64,000 nucleotides of DNA, from NCBI GenBank assembly GCA_030390025.1, contig CM059438.1:62002001-62066000 (forward strand). Direction: 5' to 3'. Below the pieces are notes generated by a model. That model was given only the letters and a program-made list of their open reading frames with translations. It searched no databases and was not told the origin of the DNA. The translations under genes and the position numbers were made by a program. The DNA comes from Squalus acanthias (Eukaryota). Shown here one piece after another: positions 37,617 through 49,469 of this stretch; position 1 is the stretch's first letter; each line of letters starts with the position of its first letter.

Positions 37617-37944
37617 ATTATTAGCAGGGATCATGGAGGCCAAGTTTTCACGTTCTCTAGTTCTAAGCGAGGGGGATTATTCGCAGAGGTCAGTCTCTAT
37701 TAGGCACTCAGTGCCTTTTGGGTGCATCACTGTTCATGGTTTTATGAGCAGCTAGACGATGCTGCAACAGTGTTTCAAGCACTGCTCTGTCCCTTCAGGC
37801 TCCTGCTTTCTTCCCTAGTCCCAAGGCATAGTGTTCATTTTATCCCCCTCCGGAAGGATGAAGGAGCTCTACGGGATTCAAAGTCTAGACCATTTGGCCC
37901 CGAGGCTAATGCTTGACCAACTACCTGAGCTACCTGACCTCCAT

Positions 37945-38636
37945 CACTAAAGCTAGCGAACAGGTACAAAAGGCTAATGGAATGTTGCCCTTTATCTCAA
38001 GGGGGCTGGAATTCAAAGGGGTGGGAGTTACGCTATAGCTGTTTAAAGCTCTGGTTAGACCCCATCTGGAGCACTGTGTTCAGTTCTGGGCACCGCACCT
38101 CAGGAAGGATATATTGGCCTTGGAGGGGATGCAGCACAAATTCACCAGAATGATACCTGGGCTAAAAGGGTTAAATTATGAGGACATGCTGCACAAACTT
38201 GGCTTGTACTCCCTTGAGTATAGCAGATTAAGGGGTGATCTAATTGAGGTGATGAAGATGATTAAAGGATTTGAGAGGGTAGAAGGAGGAAAAACTGTTT
38301 CCTCTGGTGGGGAGTTCAGAACAAGGGGGCATAACCTTAAAATTAGAGCTAGGCCGTTCAGGGGTGATGTCAGGAAGCACTTCTTCACACAAAGGGTGGT
38401 GGGAATCTGGAACTCTTTCCCCCCCCCCCCCCCCCCACCCCCCCAAAAAAAAACTGTTGAGGCTGGGGGTCAATTGAAAATTTCAAAACTGAGATTGATA
38501 GCTTTTTGTTAGGTAATAGCATTAAGGGTTATGGAACCAAGGCAGGTAGCTGGATTTGAGGTACAGATCAGCCATGATCTAATTGAATGGCGGAGCAGGT
38601 TCGAGGGGCTGAGTGGCCTACTCCTGTTCCTATGTT
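37945..38636 (+). mobile_element. CR1 3' fragment
   Basis: FTRMIPGLKG..RLRGDLIEV..FFTQRVVGIWN peptide and tail. Confidence 0.93.
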
Positions 38637-41220
38637 CCACAGTGGGAGGTATTGATTGCAGACTTTGCTGGTTTCCTCACAGAAAAGGAGGGAAAGAAAA
38701 TCAGTGAGTCAGTGCAGAGCGCATGTCTCTGGTGACGCCCAGCAAGGTTTTGGGACACCGGGTTGTCTGACTATTCTGTCGACTGAGAAATTCCGAGTGG
38801 CTGGAGAGAAGGGAATCTCAAACACGTAAAAGTTTTGACAAGCCTTCCCGTCTATTGCAACTGCGTCCCTAACGTCCAGTTTCTGCCTTAGACGCTATAC
38901 TGAGTTATTGATGTACAAAAGGTACCCTCCATAGCTTTAAATAAGGTACATCACAGCTCATGTCCAGACCTACTGTCTTGGGTTATCCAGCAGTTTTATT
39001 CATTATAATGCTGAACATTCACTTGAATGGCTCCAAGTAACACTGCAACCCAAGAAAGAATTCATCCATCATGGGCCTTATTAAATTTTAAACGCTCGCT
39101 CGAGTCAGAGCACTTTTTAAACTGGTTGGCATTTAATGATCAATAAACTAGACGGAATGTCTAAAGTAATAAAAAATGATTCAATTAATAACTTGAATTG
39201 AGCTCCTCCTAATGCCCAGAGCATACAGTCTAGACAACCATAACACCTATGTTTCCCAGTCCTGCCACTTGCATTCAAGTGGATTTTTTAGGTATTTTCA
39301 GCAGGTTAAAGGTTAATTTGCCATATAACACTCTCATAAAAATCCGATTAAAGTATGTCTGCTCCGGGGTCAACTGGACAGATTTGCTTGCTCAGCACCT
39401 CAGGTGTTTCTCAAGTCTTGTATAAATATTGCTGTACAGTAAGTTTGAAGAGTTGGAAGCTTTCAGTATTTTTCCCATTCTTGTGTATGTAAGTATATGT
39501 GATCTTTATAACTTCTACTAGAGTTTGGTGCAGGCTGATTTGAGCTGATGTTTTGCCTGTTCAAATGAGGGATCTGAACTTCTGGTAGTTTTTAAAATTT
39601 GGGTCCTGTACCCTGATGACCCAATAGTATAGGTACGGCCCAGTGCAATATTAAACCCCGCAGTCTATAAGGCCTTGGGTTCGATCCCCCAAATCTGTAC
39701 TGAGATAGCTAATCTCGGCTGGGCCAGTAGTCGGAGTGTTACCATTGGCCTCCTCGTCACCCGGGCGGGGGGGGTGGGAAGCAGCTAGGGTTCCTGCTGT
39801 TGATTACTGCTGAAAAGTGCACATTGGGTGAGGACAGGATTGGACTTGGCTGTGATAAAATTAATCATATAATAATCTGCCTACACGCTCTGACTAGGCC
39901 TATGCACAACGAATGGCAATTTGACTGAACTGTTCCCTGAAGTGTTGGAGGCTGTTGGCATCTGTGGAACTGTACTCCCAACGAGAGCATGAAACTTAAG
40001 GAGAGTAGGGAAGACATTTAGGGATGAGGTGAAAGAGAATTTGGGCCCAGTGTTGATCCTATCAAAGCTGCCCTCTGGTGCTGTATATTCACAGCAGGAT
40101 AACTGTCCTGAATTGCACTGTGACATGCAGTATATGTACATCCAGAGACCCATTCTGCAAAACTTCCCCTCCTGCTACTGCTCCACTGAAGGCACTGACC
40201 TATACTCCGGTGCAGTTCTGCAGATGCAAGCAGCTTCTGGTAGCACAGGGGTGCTCAGGTATAAGCCTAGATAGTGTTGGGGGGGCGGGAGGGGGGGGGG
40301 GGGGGGGTGCTTCACCACTGGGAGGGGACATCACAGCAAAGACCGAACCTGGCCCCACCAGATGTCAACACGTTGACACCTCCAGTGAGACTCATCAGAT
40401 GGTCAACAGGGAACCCTGGCTGATTGGAAAAAAATATATATATTTTTATTCTTTTCCCTCCACCCCAACCCAAAAGCAGGGGTTTCCTGTTGGCAATTGT
40501 GATCTGCCAATAGCTGACCTGGCAGAGAGCAGTAAACTCGGCACACACGAGGGAATTGCTGTCTTTCCAGCAGTTTCTGTTTTTATTGTTAAATGTTATT
40601 GACATTCCAAAATTGGCTTCCAGGAGGCTCACAAGAGCAGCCTGGGATGAAACTCTGTCAGATTGTTTCTTTCTCAGTGGGCCTTCAGTTAGTGCCTCCC
40701 TATCATGGCATGGTTTGACATCAACTATATATTCGGATACGAAACAACATCAGAATAAGTAAAGCTGGAACACTCAGCACACACCAGGGAATTATTGTAT
40801 GGCTCTGTCGTCCCCACTGAGCCACTATATATATATATATATATATTTCAATCCGAAACTGTAAAATACCAGTTCCATTCTGAGCATTTACAGGAGGCAG
40901 GGAAAGCCCTGAGTGAGCTCATAGATGTTTTAGAGCTGGTTCTGATTTGATTGTTTATGGTGTGGGTGCAGTGCCAATAAGGGAGTGTAACATAGCGGGG
41001 GTTGTAAGCGAAGCTCCTTACGAAAGTAAATCGGGACTGATCACACAAGTGTCTGTGGCTCTGCTGTGAATCACGAATGAGGGTCAGGGTTAAACATTCT
41101 GATAAATAGTCTACACTCAAACCGATCTCTTTTACCGAAGCCGACGGAGCTGCTGGGCATTTGCAGCATCTTCTGTTAATTGCATTGCAGCGCTAAATGT
41201 GTCGCTCTTTATGCTTGCAG

Positions 41221-41380
41221 GGTGTTGGGACACTTTGAGAAGCCACTGTTTCTGGAACTGTGTAAACACATGTTCTTTGTGCAGTTCCACGACGGGGAGT
41301 ACGTCTTCCGTCCAGGCGAGATTGATGACAGCATTTACGTGGTACAGGACGGGAGGCTGGAACTCTGCATCAGCGAGAAT
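41221..41380 (+). CDS. PNPLA7: PNPLA7 exon, CNB domain 1 ([16 protein letters not shown]...RLELCISEN)
   Basis: AG/GT boundaries, 160 nt, phase 2/0. Conserved NTE-family sequence. Confidence 0.98.
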
Positions 41381-41730
41381 GTAAGAACGCGCTTCCCTCC
41401 TGTACTGAAGAGCAACTTTAACCATTTAGAATCATTTTGTTCCAGTGCTGTTCAGCAGTGGCATGTTCTGGCTCACATCGACAATCAAATCATTACAGGG
41501 TTACTAATTTTAATATGCTCCTTTTTTAAAATCTTTTAATAGTTATGTTTAAATAATGGAGGCTGATCACATTGGAGTTGTTATCTGAGACGAGTTGCAT
41601 TGTTTGACGTGTGTGATGGAGCTGAGTTTACATTAACAGGCAGTGGTAATTACTCGAGGTGTTTCAGCTGTGACAGGGGATTTAATCACATTGTCAGGCC
41701 CAGTAATTCCTCCCAGCCAGTGCCCTTTGC

Positions 41731-42038
41731 TACTGACTGTATCTCTGCCAGATCTCCCACTCTGTTACTGACTACTCTACCCATGTTAATCCAGCTCCCT
41801 CTCACTGTCACTCAGTAACCTCTTCCCCAGCACCCTGTGTTACTGACTGTATCTCTACTGATGTTAATCCAGCTCCCTCACACTGTCACTCAGTAACCCC
41901 TTCCCCAGCACCCTGTGTTACTGACTGTATCTCTACTGATGTTAATCCAGCTCCCTCACACTGTCACTCAGTAACCCCTCCCCCAGCGCCCTGTGTTACT
42001 GACTGTATCTCTACTGATGTTAATCCAGCTCCTCACAC
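41731..42038. repeat. Minisatellite, 78-bp unit, ~3.5 copies
   Basis: TACTGACTGTATCTCT starts at 41731, 41841, 41919 and 41997. Confidence 0.95.
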
Positions 42039-42294
42039 AATCGGGGTCGGTAACTCATCCAAGCAGTGCCCTTTATTTCTACTGATGCTGATCCAGCTTC
42101 TTCAAGGCTTTGTAGCTTCTCCTGGCTGTATCCCTGGTGATGGCATTTACTGCTTAAACATAAATACTCCAAATAGAAAAACTTTGCAGAAAAACTGAAA
42201 TAAGGTATAAACAAATGGTTGTTTCATTAATCCTAATGTCTACAAGACCGGAGCAGCAGCAAAACAACTCTGCCAAGTGGCTTGTTATCAGTGA

Positions 42295-42685
42295 AAGAAA
42301 GAATGGAAGACTTGCATTTATATGCCTCAGAAAAACACCCGAGGGCTTTACATAAAACAAATTGCTTTGAGGGTGAACGTGGCAGCCACTTTGTACATAT
42401 CAAGATCCCATAACGGCCATGAGGTGAATGGCCAGTTAATCTATTTTTGATGGTGATGGTTGAGGGAGTAATGTTGACCAGGATACTAGGAGAGCTAACT
42501 GCTCTTCTTTGAATAGTGCCATGAAATCTTTAATGCTCAAGTTAACCATCTAAACAGGCAGATGTGGCCTTGGTTTAATGTTTCATCTGAAGGATGGCAC
42601 CCCTCTGACAAGCAGCACACAAGTGACAGCTTGGATCATATGCTCAAGTCCTTGAACCCACAGCCTTCTGACTCTGAGCGAAGCT
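42295..42685 (-). mobile_element. Deu-type SINE, antisense, diverged
   Basis: ACTTGCATTTATAT, CTCTTCTTTGAATAGTGCCATG and TTGAACCCACAGCCTTCTGACTC. Confidence 0.8.
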
Positions 42686-43049
42686 AACAGTGAATTGTGT
42701 ATCAGCTTTCAATTACTTATGTGCAGTACAAACGCGCCAGTGTATTTGCAAAGAATCACAAAATAGCCATTTTGCCATGAATTTTCCCCCTTCTTGGTTT
42801 CCCAGTGCCTCACCTCTCGTGTCCAAAGGGTGGCCATGCAATCTGTATTCCATGTCAATGACATTCCATAATTGGCTACTAGGTGGCTTACAAGAGTATC
42901 CTGGGATGAAACTCACATTGTTTCTTGCCCAGTGGGCCTTCAGTTAATGTCTCCCTACCATGGTTGATGTCGGGAGCATCTTGAAATAAGATGACTCGAA
43001 ATCTTACAAAATACATATTAAGATACTAAACAACATAGAATAAGTAAAT

Positions 43050-43186
43050 ATTATAGATAGATTTTTGTTAAGCAAGGGTATTAAGGATTGTGGGACCAAG
43101 GCGGGTGGATGGAGCTGAGATACAGATCAGCCATGATCTAATTGAATGGTGGAACAGGCTCGAGGGGCGAATGGCCGACTCCTGTT
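43050..43186 (+). mobile_element. CR1 extreme 3' tail
   Basis: GATCAGCCATGATCT..GAATGG..CAGGCTCGAGGGGC.GAATGGCC.ACTCCTG. Confidence 0.85.
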
Positions 43187-43754
43187 TAAATCTGGAACAC
43201 TACTCCAAGGTAAACCATGACAGAGGCACACATTCAACTTATGAAAGGCAAATTTAACACAAATGTCAGTAAGTTCTGCTTCACATGAAGAATAGACTTC
43301 TGGCTAGGTAATGGAGGCAAAAATCTTAGTAATTTAAGAGCCAATATGGAACTGTAACAATGGGACTGGAGGTGTTTCTTTTTGGTTGGGTTAACTCAAA
43401 TGGGTTGAATGACATCCCTCAGCAGTGTGTATTTATCTTGTGAACTTTTTTGTGTGGCCAACAATAGGAGCAGCCAAAGCACTTTGCCATTACGTTGAAT
43501 TCCTTTTATTTCACTGTAAGGCTCCTTGTGCCATTCCTTGCCCAAGAAGACAAGGTTATTACTTGGCCCAGCTGCTCCCAATGTTGCTCTTGAGCCAGTG
43601 AGTGTGAGTGGAGAAAGAAAACACACATCCATGATCTTTGAATCTTTTTTATTCCTTTGTGGGGGCGAGGGGAAGTACAGCTCTTTTAATGCACCAAAAT
43701 GTCCCAAGGACCTTCATAAGTAGACAGGAGGAAAACAGACACTGAGCTGGGAAA

Positions 43755-44152
43755 CTAGGCTTGTATTCCCTGGAATTTAGAAGTGTGATTTGATCGAAGT
43801 TTTCAAGATATTAAGGGGAACAGATAGGGTAGATAGAGAGAAACTTTTTCCGCTGGTTGGGGAGTCTAGGACTGGGGGCATAGTCTAAAAATTAGAGCCA
43901 GACCTTTCAGGAGTGAAGCTAGGAAACACTTCTACACACAAAGGGTGGTAGAAGTTTGGAACTCTCTTCCGCAAATGGCAGTTAATGCTAGGTCAGTTGT
44001 TAATTTTAAATCTGAGATTGATAGATTTTTGTTAACCAAAGGTATTAAGGGATATGGGGCAAAGGCGGGTATATGGAGTTAGGTCACAGACCAGCCATGA
44101 TCTCATTGAATGGCAGAACAGGCACAAGGGGCTAAATGGCCTACTCCTGCTC
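43755..44152 (+). mobile_element. CR1 3' fragment
   Basis: Homologous to 38200-38636. Confidence 0.9.
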
Positions 44153-44514
44153 CTATCTCTGTAATCTCCTTCAGCCCCACAGCCCCCCGAGATATCTGCG
44201 CTCCTCTAATTCTGCCCTCTTGAGCATCCCTGATTATAATCGCTCAACCATTGGTGGCCATGCCTTCTGTTGCCTAGACCCTAAGCTCTGGAATTCCCTG
44301 CCTAAACACCTCCACCTCGCTACCTCTCTTTCCTCCTCTAAGATGCTCCTCAAAACCAACCTCTTTGACCAAGCTTTTGGTCACCTGCCCTAATTTATCC
44401 TTATGTGGATCGGTGTCAAATTTTTTGTCTTAAAATACTCCTGTGCAGCGCCTTGGGACATTTTACTATGTTAAAGGTGCTATATAAATACAAGTTGTTG
44501 TTGTTGTTGTTGTT
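44150..44514 (+). mobile_element. L2 3' end with (GTT)n tail
   Basis: SYLCNLLQP..LRSSNS..KLWNSLP peptide and tail AAAGGTGCTATATAAATACAAGTT(GTT)n. Confidence 0.9.
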
Positions 44515-44827
44515 CCTCTGAAGGGCGAAATCAAGAGGGGTGATTGAAATTAAAGTCGAAGGGATGTGTTTTGAGAATGTCTTAAAGGTGAGGAAATCAC
44601 CCAAGCTCCCACTTGCCTCACTCTGTTGGCGCTCTCAGCGTTGGAGCTCACAGTTTGGGGAATCATGGGCTTGTACCTTTCTCTTACAATACAGCGGCAT
44701 ACCGATACACCATGTCGGGTAACGATCAAAATATACATTTAAATCTGAGTTAATGGAGTCAAATTTAGTGACTTTGGTACTTTAAGTAGTTACTTGAATG
44801 TTAATTTTTGTTCTTTTGTTTGATCAG

Positions 44828-44908
44828 GATGGCACTGAGGTTGTGGTGAAAGAAGTCCTGCCCGGTGACAGTGTGCACAGTCTCCTCAGTATCCTGGATG
44901 TCATCACT
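44828..44908 (+). CDS. PNPLA7: PNPLA7 exon ([27 protein letters not shown])
   Basis: CAG acceptor, GTGAGT donor, 81 nt, phase 0/0. Confidence 0.98.
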
Positions 44909-45366
44909 GTGAGTAAATACTGCACAACATGCAGCCAATTTTATTGAGGGTGTTAGTTGCCAGAGTGAGTCACACAACTTTAAATAAGTTCTTGTGATCT
45001 GTGTGGAGCAGTTTGAATTGGGATTTTATTCTGACCGTGATGCTCGAGCTCGCTTTAATTTTTGTAAAATATTTAACAATGTTCAGTTTTTTGATTTATA
45101 GAAATGTGTGTTCTTTTCACAAAGCATGGCTCCTCTGTGTTCCTATTAAGCAGAGTGCTATACACTTTTTTCTCGTACAGTTACTGGAATTAATTGCCCT
45201 CATGTCTGTGGTTATATCTTACTAGATTACCCTCCCTTAGTTTTATCCCCCCCCCCCCCCGCAACGCCTTGGCTTTAACTCCCCCTTAGCTTTACCCTCC
45301 TAATATCCTGGAATTATATCTGATGAGACCTGTTGGGTTTCTAACCAATCTCTTTATATATACGAT

Positions 45367-45568
45367 AGCAAAATACTGCAGATGCTGGAAATCCGAAATA
45401 ACAACAGAAAACGCTGGAAGAACTCAGCAGGCGAGGCAGCATCTGTGGAGAGAGAAACAGAGTTAACGTTTCAGGTCGAAGACCTTTCATCAGAACCTGA
45501 TGAAAGGTCTTGACCTGAAACGTTAACTCTGTTTCCCTCTCCACGGATGCTGCCTCGCCTGCTGAGTT
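45367..45568. mobile_element. Palindromic Penelope-like terminal-repeat insertion
   Basis: Same family as 11866-12098, with inverted arms centred at ~45495. Confidence 0.75.
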
Positions 45569-47167
45569 AAATGTCTCAATTTTTCTCCCCTCCTGATTCC
45601 TGTTGGGGTACGCTTACTTGGGCACCAAAATCTCTTCATTACCTCACCCAGCCTAGTCAGTGAGTGCCAGCAGGCTATTGGATATTGGGGCACATCGCAA
45701 CCAACCATGATCCCGCCCTCACCCAGCACGCACACGTGCATTTTCCAGTGGGAGTCACTGGATAGTGATCAGATGCAGGAATTGTGGCTGAATCTCACCC
45801 CCCACCCCTCAAAGACCAGGTGTACTGAGGCCAGTTATTGCAGCGCAACAGTTCATTCCATACTGGGAAGTAAACGTATCAAATAACTTGGCCAGGAAGG
45901 TCTTGCTATGTGCTTTGAGTTTGATTGACTTGTACTGGATCTTCAGGCCTGGCTACTTATGGATTTAAGAGGCACTCCTTTCATCCAGTCCCACTGCCAA
46001 ATCTAAATGTCAGCCCCTGGAACAATATTATCAGTGTCTCTGCCCTCTTCTAATAGGTTTATGATAATCAATGCATAAAGAATTATTCAGTGATCACCAG
46101 TTCAGATGGATTCTGTCATCCAGGTTGCATATGTTCTGCATATCTGAAATATCTTTGTCCACATTGCTTTGTGCATTGCATTGTCTTTCCTCTTTTGTTA
46201 CGTTAAAGCATTAGCATAAAACATGAGTATTAATTTTGCACAGCGTGCCAGAGAGATTTCTGTTTCCTTGGTATAGCCATTTAAAAAAAAAGTTTGCAAC
46301 TCCCACCATCAAGATGAATCAAATGCCAATATTACAGTAATAAAGCTCAAAGGTGTCAGGAGTACCTTTAATCCTGTAACAGCCCTGTAGAAGCAAAGTA
46401 CGCACTTAACAAAATTATTTTTTTAATTCCTTCGCCCTGTCTTCCATTTCCTCCGTTCCCTTTTCATTTTATTTTAACTTTTACTTATCTATAATATATT
46501 CCATCCTTTTTTAAAAAAAAAAGCTTTAGAGTACCTGTTTTCCTTTGTCTCACTAGTCCCCACTGTCCACCTTGCAAATCCCCAAACATTAGCCTCTAGC
46601 TGAAAAGCAGCTCCAAAGGTCAGTTTTTCAGCCTATCCACGACCAGGACTATCTTCGACGTAACTCTCTCGTGTGAGATAGTCGGACACGATCACTTGAC
46701 AAGTTTTCTCATCAATGATTGTGCCGTGACAAGGAGGTTAAAGGCGTGCTAGATTTCATCAGTTCATTGCTCTTGACGTGGTATAGCTGTGGTCTGGAAG
46801 CAACTAATTTTTTACGTGAATAACAGTAATAGACTTGAGGTTACTGTGCAGTTGAAAGTCAGTGCTACACTTCTGCTGCAGTTTGTAGCACACACTCAGT
46901 TCAATTATCTGATACGATCACACTTGTTTTGATTGAATAGCACTGCTTTTGTTGTGTTCAGCCCTGATATGGCCAAACAAGTATATTTATTTCATTGAGT
47001 TGAGAGTATGTCGGGAAAAGATCATTTCTTTCCGATAATGTACTGGATTGTGAAGCTCACATTTATCAGCTTGAGTGCGTCCTTTCAGACTCAGTATTGA
47101 TGCAACTTCAATATTGTGCGTGCATTCTTTTTCCAGATTTCTCCCCTTTTCTTCTGCACTCAGATAA

Positions 47168-47590
47168 GCTCTCGCCTCTGAGTCAGAAGGTTGTGGGTTC
47201 AAGTCCCACTCCAGAGACTTGAGCACATAAATCTAGGCTGACACTCCAGTGCTGTACAGAGGTGCCATCCATTGGATGAACCAAGGTCCCGTCTGCCCCC
47301 TCGGGTAGACGCAAAAGATCTCATGGTACTATTTATTTTTTTAAAGAAGAGCAGGGCAGTTCTCCTCAGTGTCCTGGCCAATATTTATTCCTCAACCAAC
47401 ATCAGTAGAACAGATGATCTGGTCATTTATCTCATTGCTGATTGTGGGACCTTGCTGTGTGCAAATTGGCTGCTGCGTTTCCTACATTACAACAATGACT
47501 GCACTTCAAAAGTACTTCCTTGGCTGCAAAGTGCTCTGGGGTGTCCTACGGTCTTGAAAGACGCTATGCAAATGCAAGTTCCTTCTTGCT
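47168..47590 (+). mobile_element. Deu-type tRNA SINE
   Basis: B box, core and tail are present. Confidence 0.88.
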
Positions 47591-48314
47591 TTCTTTTTTC
47601 TCGCTTGGGTCATAGAGACCAAGAACATTTCTGCTACCTGGCCCCAGGATGGTCATTCTTCACTTGAGCCGATCGAGTGAAAACCAGTAGGCGATCAGCT
47701 GAGCTTGATCCTATCCTCTGCTGACTCCCACACTCTCGCACACTTCCAATAGAAATCACTGGATAACAATGGGGAGCGGAAACCCTGGCTAACTGTCTGT
47801 CTTTCCCCCCCCCCAAACCCCCATCGTCCCCCACCTTTCCTCGCTTTGGGCACTGAAACCGATTGTAGTGCTCCATCCACTGTTGAGGCCAGCTAATATG
47901 CACAGATGAGAGGGTTGAATCTGAGCCTCTTTGGCGTGCATAGCTTAGTCCTACGCCGGGCATTGTCTATACCCACCGGGGTCATTGTGAGACACCTAAT
48001 ATGTTTTTAATTCTGTAATACCTACACAAGGTACATTACTCACCTTCCGCTGCATTGTTCCTTAGGCTTGTAATGAAACTATCTTGATATCAATAATTGA
48101 AGCCAGCCTAAATGGCAAACTGTTCCTTAAGGATGTTGCTCAGCTCGAGCAGTGTGACTTTCCCTTCCTGAGTCACCTCTCCACAACATGACCAGATGAA
48201 ATTAAACACCATGATGAGATGACATTGGAGAAGCAGTACTGTATATGATGTGCTTTAAAATGTTGTGCAATCTCATTAGTTTGCTAAAGTGTTACTGTTT
48301 TGCTGAATTTCCAG

Positions 48315-48443
48315 GGTTACCCTGCTCCGTATAAAACTGTCTCCGCCCGGGCAGTGTGCACGTCCACTGTTCTGCGATTGCCAGCCAGCGCTTTTCAGTC
48401 AGTCTTCCAGAAGTACCCAGAGACCCTGGTCAGAGTGGTTCAG
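48315..48443 (+). CDS. PNPLA7: PNPLA7 exon ([13 protein letters not shown]...[11 protein letters not shown])
   Basis: AG/GT boundaries, 129 nt, phase 0/0. APYKTVS and [10 protein letters not shown] are PNPLA7-type. Confidence 0.98.
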
Positions 48444-49469
48444 GTAGGAATGCATTGGTACTTTAAAAATAGCAACTGCTGCAGTGCAGGGTGCAGTTGA
48501 GTATTGACTCACATTGCTGAGTTTAGTCCAGCGGGGGGCGGGGGGGCTGCTGGTCAGCTCTTTTACTTTGTGGCTTGATGCAGTCTGGATCCGGGAAGGG
48601 GGTTGGGGGATGACACCAGAACAACCTCCTGCATCACTCTCCCATGTTCACATTTAAGATTGGTCCCCTGTGGCTGATTACATCCACCAAAGAGGTAGTT
48701 CAATGCCAGATCCACAAGAAGTGGGTCTTCACTGCCCTGGAACGAGATAGGTTGGGCGATTTACACTGCGGAGTGCTGTCTACTGCACGAGATCCTCCTG
48801 TTGTATTTGACAGCACCCTAGTAATATAATAGCATCTTAATTTGTGAACTTTGGCTAGGCCCAACTGTCTGATCTCCTTTTCCGTGATCTATATACTGAA
48901 GCAGGTGTGTACTGTAATTACTGTCCTATGATAATTTGATTAACTGAAGGAATCACTTGAACTCTTGCCCAAAGATAGGTTTTGCAGATTGTTCAGGCAG
49001 GGTCTCCTTATCAAACAAGTAATAGATTGGGAATTTTGTATATGCATGTAGGTTTTTTTTTATAAAAAAAGAAAAAAGTAAAGTGGAATATAGTTAATTC
49101 CAATTATCTTTTTGTAAATACTGACTGCTCATAGAGGTATAGCTGACGACCGACATTACATGGTGCACTTAATGGTGTGGTATGGCTGAGCACTGAACAA
49201 TGATGTGTCTGCTCCTATTCTCCGCCCCCCCTGCCCCCCGTCCCTTCCCCCTCCCATCTCACACGCATTAATTATTGGAAGAGTTGACACTTATCTCGTC
49301 ACTAAACCCCTAACCACTAGCCAGTCACCATGCAGAGAGTTGACAGCAGATATGGATCCAATGGATGACCCATTCTTCTGCGTGAGTGAAAGCAGGCACA
49401 GAGCTTGCCCATTGACGTATTATGGCCACGTGCTAGAAATGTTACAAATATTCTGCTACAGCACTAGAA

